NCBI GenBank assembly: GCA_964036045.1
Contig: OZ038378.1
Location: 54,684,001-54,748,000 of the forward strand
DNA: 64,000 nucleotides
Source: Eutreptiella sp. 'Long Island Sound 2002'
Taxonomy: Eukaryota; Protista; Euglenida
Direction: 5' to 3'
Made by a program: the position numbers and the translations under genes. Positions 60,831-64,000 of this stretch are shown here, in pieces (the stretch's first letter is position 1; each line of letters starts with the position of its first letter). Below the pieces are notes generated by a model. That model was given only the letters and a program-made list of their open reading frames with translations, did not search any database and was not told the DNA's origin.

Positions 60831-61394
60831 CGAAGCTCTTGTACGCTATGGTCCGTGCGAGTGGTTGTGAGTCCCTAGTCGAAAATGATTAAAAAAGATT
60901 GCTCATCAAATTTGTAACATGGTAAGCCATCTGAAAAGACATTCATATACATTGAGTGCCCAATGACATGGCAAGAGAAAGCCTACTTGCCACGCTTTGT
61001 GGCAACTTTGTCATTGTGCACCAAAGTATAACACGGTCGGGCACACAAACGTACATGAAAAATTGGAAAATCATTACAATGTCGGGATACAGCCCATAAG
61101 GTCAAGATGACCTAACTCTACTCCCCCGACTAGAGTAAATCCCTCGGTCTTAGGTGCTACGCTGCCCCGATGGGTCCTTTGTATACCGGAGGGGGCGCTT
61201 CCCATCGGCCAAGAGCAGAACACCCGTTGCCCCCCAGCCTCCGTGCCGTGGGCACAAAACCACAAGACTTGGTAAACCAAGATATCTTGAGACATCCACA
61301 TTTTTCATGGATGAGGTGCTTCCAAAATTGCCCCATGACGTATGATGGTTGCGCCAAACCACATACAACTGGATAGCAGCACGTCCAAACTTCT

Positions 61395-62830
61395 TGTCCC
61401 CACTTGTGAGTTTGTGAAATTGCAACTTATGTTCAGCAGCAAGGGAAAGCCCAGTTGCCCACTCTAAACATGCCCCCACAAATTCCACCTTGTACAAACA
61501 TCTAATCCATGCTTGTTGACCCCTGCCAATGCTTTGTTTAGCAGCAAGGGAAAGCCCACTTGCCCGATCTGAACATGTCCCTCTTCAAAAGAGTGCAACT
61601 TGTAAAACGTCATATCCATGCTTCTTGACCCCACTTCAATGCTTTGTTCAGCAGCAAGGGAAAGCCCACTTGCCCACTCCGAAGATGCCCTTCTTTTACA
61701 AAGGCCATCTTGCAAAAATGTCAATTGAATGGTTCTTGACCCAAGGCAGTGCTTTGTTCAGCAGCAAGGGAAAGCCCACTTGCCCACTCTGAACATACCC
61801 CCACAAAGTCCACCTTGTACAAACGAGCAATCTATGCTTCTGAACCCCGGCCCATGCTTTGTTTAGACCCAGGGAAAGCCCACTCGCCTACTCTGAACAT
61901 GCCCCCACAAAGTCAACCTTGTACGAGCGTCCAATCAATGCTTCTTGACCCCAGTCAATGCTTTTTTCAGCAGTTTGGGAAAGCCCACTTGCCCACTCTG
62001 AACATGCCCTTCTTCAAAAGAGTGCAACTCGTAAGAACCCCATATCCATGCTTCTTGACCACACTTCAATGCTTTGTTCGGCAGCAAGTGAAAGCCGACT
62101 CGCCCACTCCGAACATGCCCCCACAAAGTCCACCTTGTACAAACATCTAATCCTTGCCTCTTGCCCTCGGCCAATGCTTTGTTCAGTAGCAAGGGAAGAC
62201 CCACTCGCCCACTCTGAACATGCCCCCACAAAGTCCACCTTGTACAAAGGTCTAATCCATGCTTCTTGACCCCAGCCAATGCTTTGTTCAGCAGCAGGGG
62301 AAAGCCCACTTGCCCCCTCTGAACATGCCCTTCTTCAAAAGCGGGCAACTCGTAAGAACCCCATATCCATGCTTCCTGACCACACTTCACTGCTTTGTTC
62401 AGCAGCGAGACAGCCCACTTGCGTACTCTGAACATGCCTTTATTCGCAAGAGTCCAACTTGTGAAACCACATCCATGCCTGTTGACCCCACTTCAATACT
62501 TTGTTGAGTAGCAAGGGAAAGCCTACTTGCCCACTCTGAACATCCCTCTCTCGCGACAAGTCCAACTTGTACAAACCCCAAATCCATGCTCCTTGAACGC
62601 ACTTGAGTGCTTTGTTGAGTAGCAAGGGAAAGCCCACTTGCCCGCTTTGAAAGTGTTCTTCTTACACAAAGTGCACCTTGTACAATGCCCGGATCCATGC
62701 TTCTTAACCCCACTGGAATGCCTTGTTCGGCAGCAAGGGAAAGTCCACTTGGCCATCCAGAAGATACCTTCATTGAGAAAGGCCACCTTGTACAAAACAC
62801 ACACCGATGCTTCTTGACCCCACAAAGTCC
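61395..62830 (+). repeat. Satellite D main array (104-111-bp monomers, about 13 copies)
   Basis: GCAGCAAGGGAAAGCCCACT at 61541, 61651, 61761 and onward. Confidence 0.95.
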
Positions 62831-62984
62831 AAAATGTGAATCAGCCTTCGGCCTTTGGCAAGCAACTGCAAACGACTATATTGCTGCCGGCGCAACGGGC
62901 TGCGAAGCCCAAGCCATTACTATTACTTGAGTATGGACGTTTGAGGTGAAGCACATCTGAAGCTTTTCAATGCAACTCATACTT

Positions 62985-63137
62985 GTCCTTCAAGAGATTA
63001 TATGCCTTCAAAAGTGATTGAAAGCGATCCGTGCCCTAAGAGTCTTTAGACTTATCAGTATGCAGTTGCACACTCAGCTTCAAGTAATGTTTGCGAACAT
63101 CTTGAGCATTAGTGGCACCCAATAGAGTTAGAGCCAT
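62985..63137 (-). pseudogene. J-domain (DnaJ-like) fragment with HPD changed to HTD and an in-frame TAG
   Basis: MALTLLGATNAQDVRKHYLKLSVQLHTDKSKDS*GTDRFQSLLKAYNLLKD matches the J-domain pattern LG...A...++K.Y+KL+..HPDK......F..+..AY.+L.D. Confidence 0.85.
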
Positions 63138-63570
63138 GGTGACCTTGTCCTTGGAGTTGAGCAATGGTGATCCAACTTCAAACAATGTGAGTCCCGGCAC
63201 GCCTGAAATGTGGCATGGCACCCAAGGTGTGGGTGGACCGTGCATTGATGGGGAAGAAGAAGAAGAAGGCGACGATAATCGGATGCACGTGGTACGTGAA
63301 GCAAATTCGGGTACTAAACACTGTGGCAACAATGAGGAGGCTTTACGAGGCGAAGTTGCATGGCATGTTGTTGACGGTGTTGATGAGCACGAACGAAATT
63401 CATTAAAAACGGGGGTAGCAATACAGGGATGTACACCAACATAACAATGTATAGGCAAACAGGTGGCAACAAGACCTGAAATAGGGAATTCCTACTGCCC
63501 GGGCTCTGTAGAGCCCACTTCGATAGAAACAACAGAAAGCACAAATAATGATAAAGAAGCCGGACCAACA

Positions 63571-63854
63571 TTGGGCAACTGGTGGTTGGTGGCGGTTGGT
63601 GGTGGTTGGCGGCAGTTGGTGGCTGGCGGTTGGTGGTTGGAGGCAGTTGGCACTGCTTGGCAGTTGGCGGTTGGTCGCCGCTGGCGGTTGGCGGCGGTTG
63701 GTGGTTGGCGGTGGGTGGCGGTTGGTGGTTGGCCGTTGGTGACGGTTGGCAGTTGATGGGAGTTGGCGGTTGGCGGTTGGTGGTCCCTGGGAGCGGTCCT
63801 TAAGGGCTGTCCTTAGCAAAAAGAAAAAAATCTCGTCCCTTAAGGACCGCCCTG
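63571..63854. mobile_element. Second, 5'-truncated copy of the hAT-type MITE at 27838-28257
   Basis: Same GGCGGTT body including the diagnostic GGTCGCCGCTGGCGG and GTTGATGGGAGTTGG; same right end CCTTAAGGGCTGTCCTTAGCAAAAA...TCTCGTCCCTTAAGGACCGCCCTG; left TIR missing. Confidence 0.9.
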
Positions 63855-64000
63855 CTACAAACATCCCCTCGTGGTCTCCGCCCCACCCGCTTGTTGTTCA
63901 TTCCACCCTCTTCAAGGCACAAGGCAATGAGTGCCTCCAACGTCGGGGTGCGCATGAATTGCACAGCCGCGGCAGACTCCAACCTAATCTGGCCCTTCGC

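Overview
Repeat-dense eukaryotic nuclear DNA. I see no intact protein-coding gene, rRNA, tRNA or CRISPR array, and most long ORFs in the track run through satellites or microsatellites. About a quarter of the window is tandem satellite in seven families, which I label A-G (monomers about 79-590 bp). The rest is nested, decayed mobile elements: a hAT-like transposase remnant, three piggyBac-like transposase remnants, two LINE fragments, a gag/H2C2-like plus-strand tract, and a J-domain (DnaJ-like) pseudogene fragment. There is also a 420-bp hAT-type MITE with 18-bp TIRs and a perfect 8-bp TSD. The most striking pattern is structural. Satellites B, C and G are built from palindromes or hairpins, and several arrays sit in inverted pairs. 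The clearest case is a 2.7-kb foldback-like element (48210-50945) whose long inverted arms combine a TTCGTACGAA-rich end with oppositely oriented palindromic satellite arrays. All protein calls come from manual translation and motif recognition across frameshifts. No database search was run, and identities and boundaries are by-eye estimates unless stated as exact.
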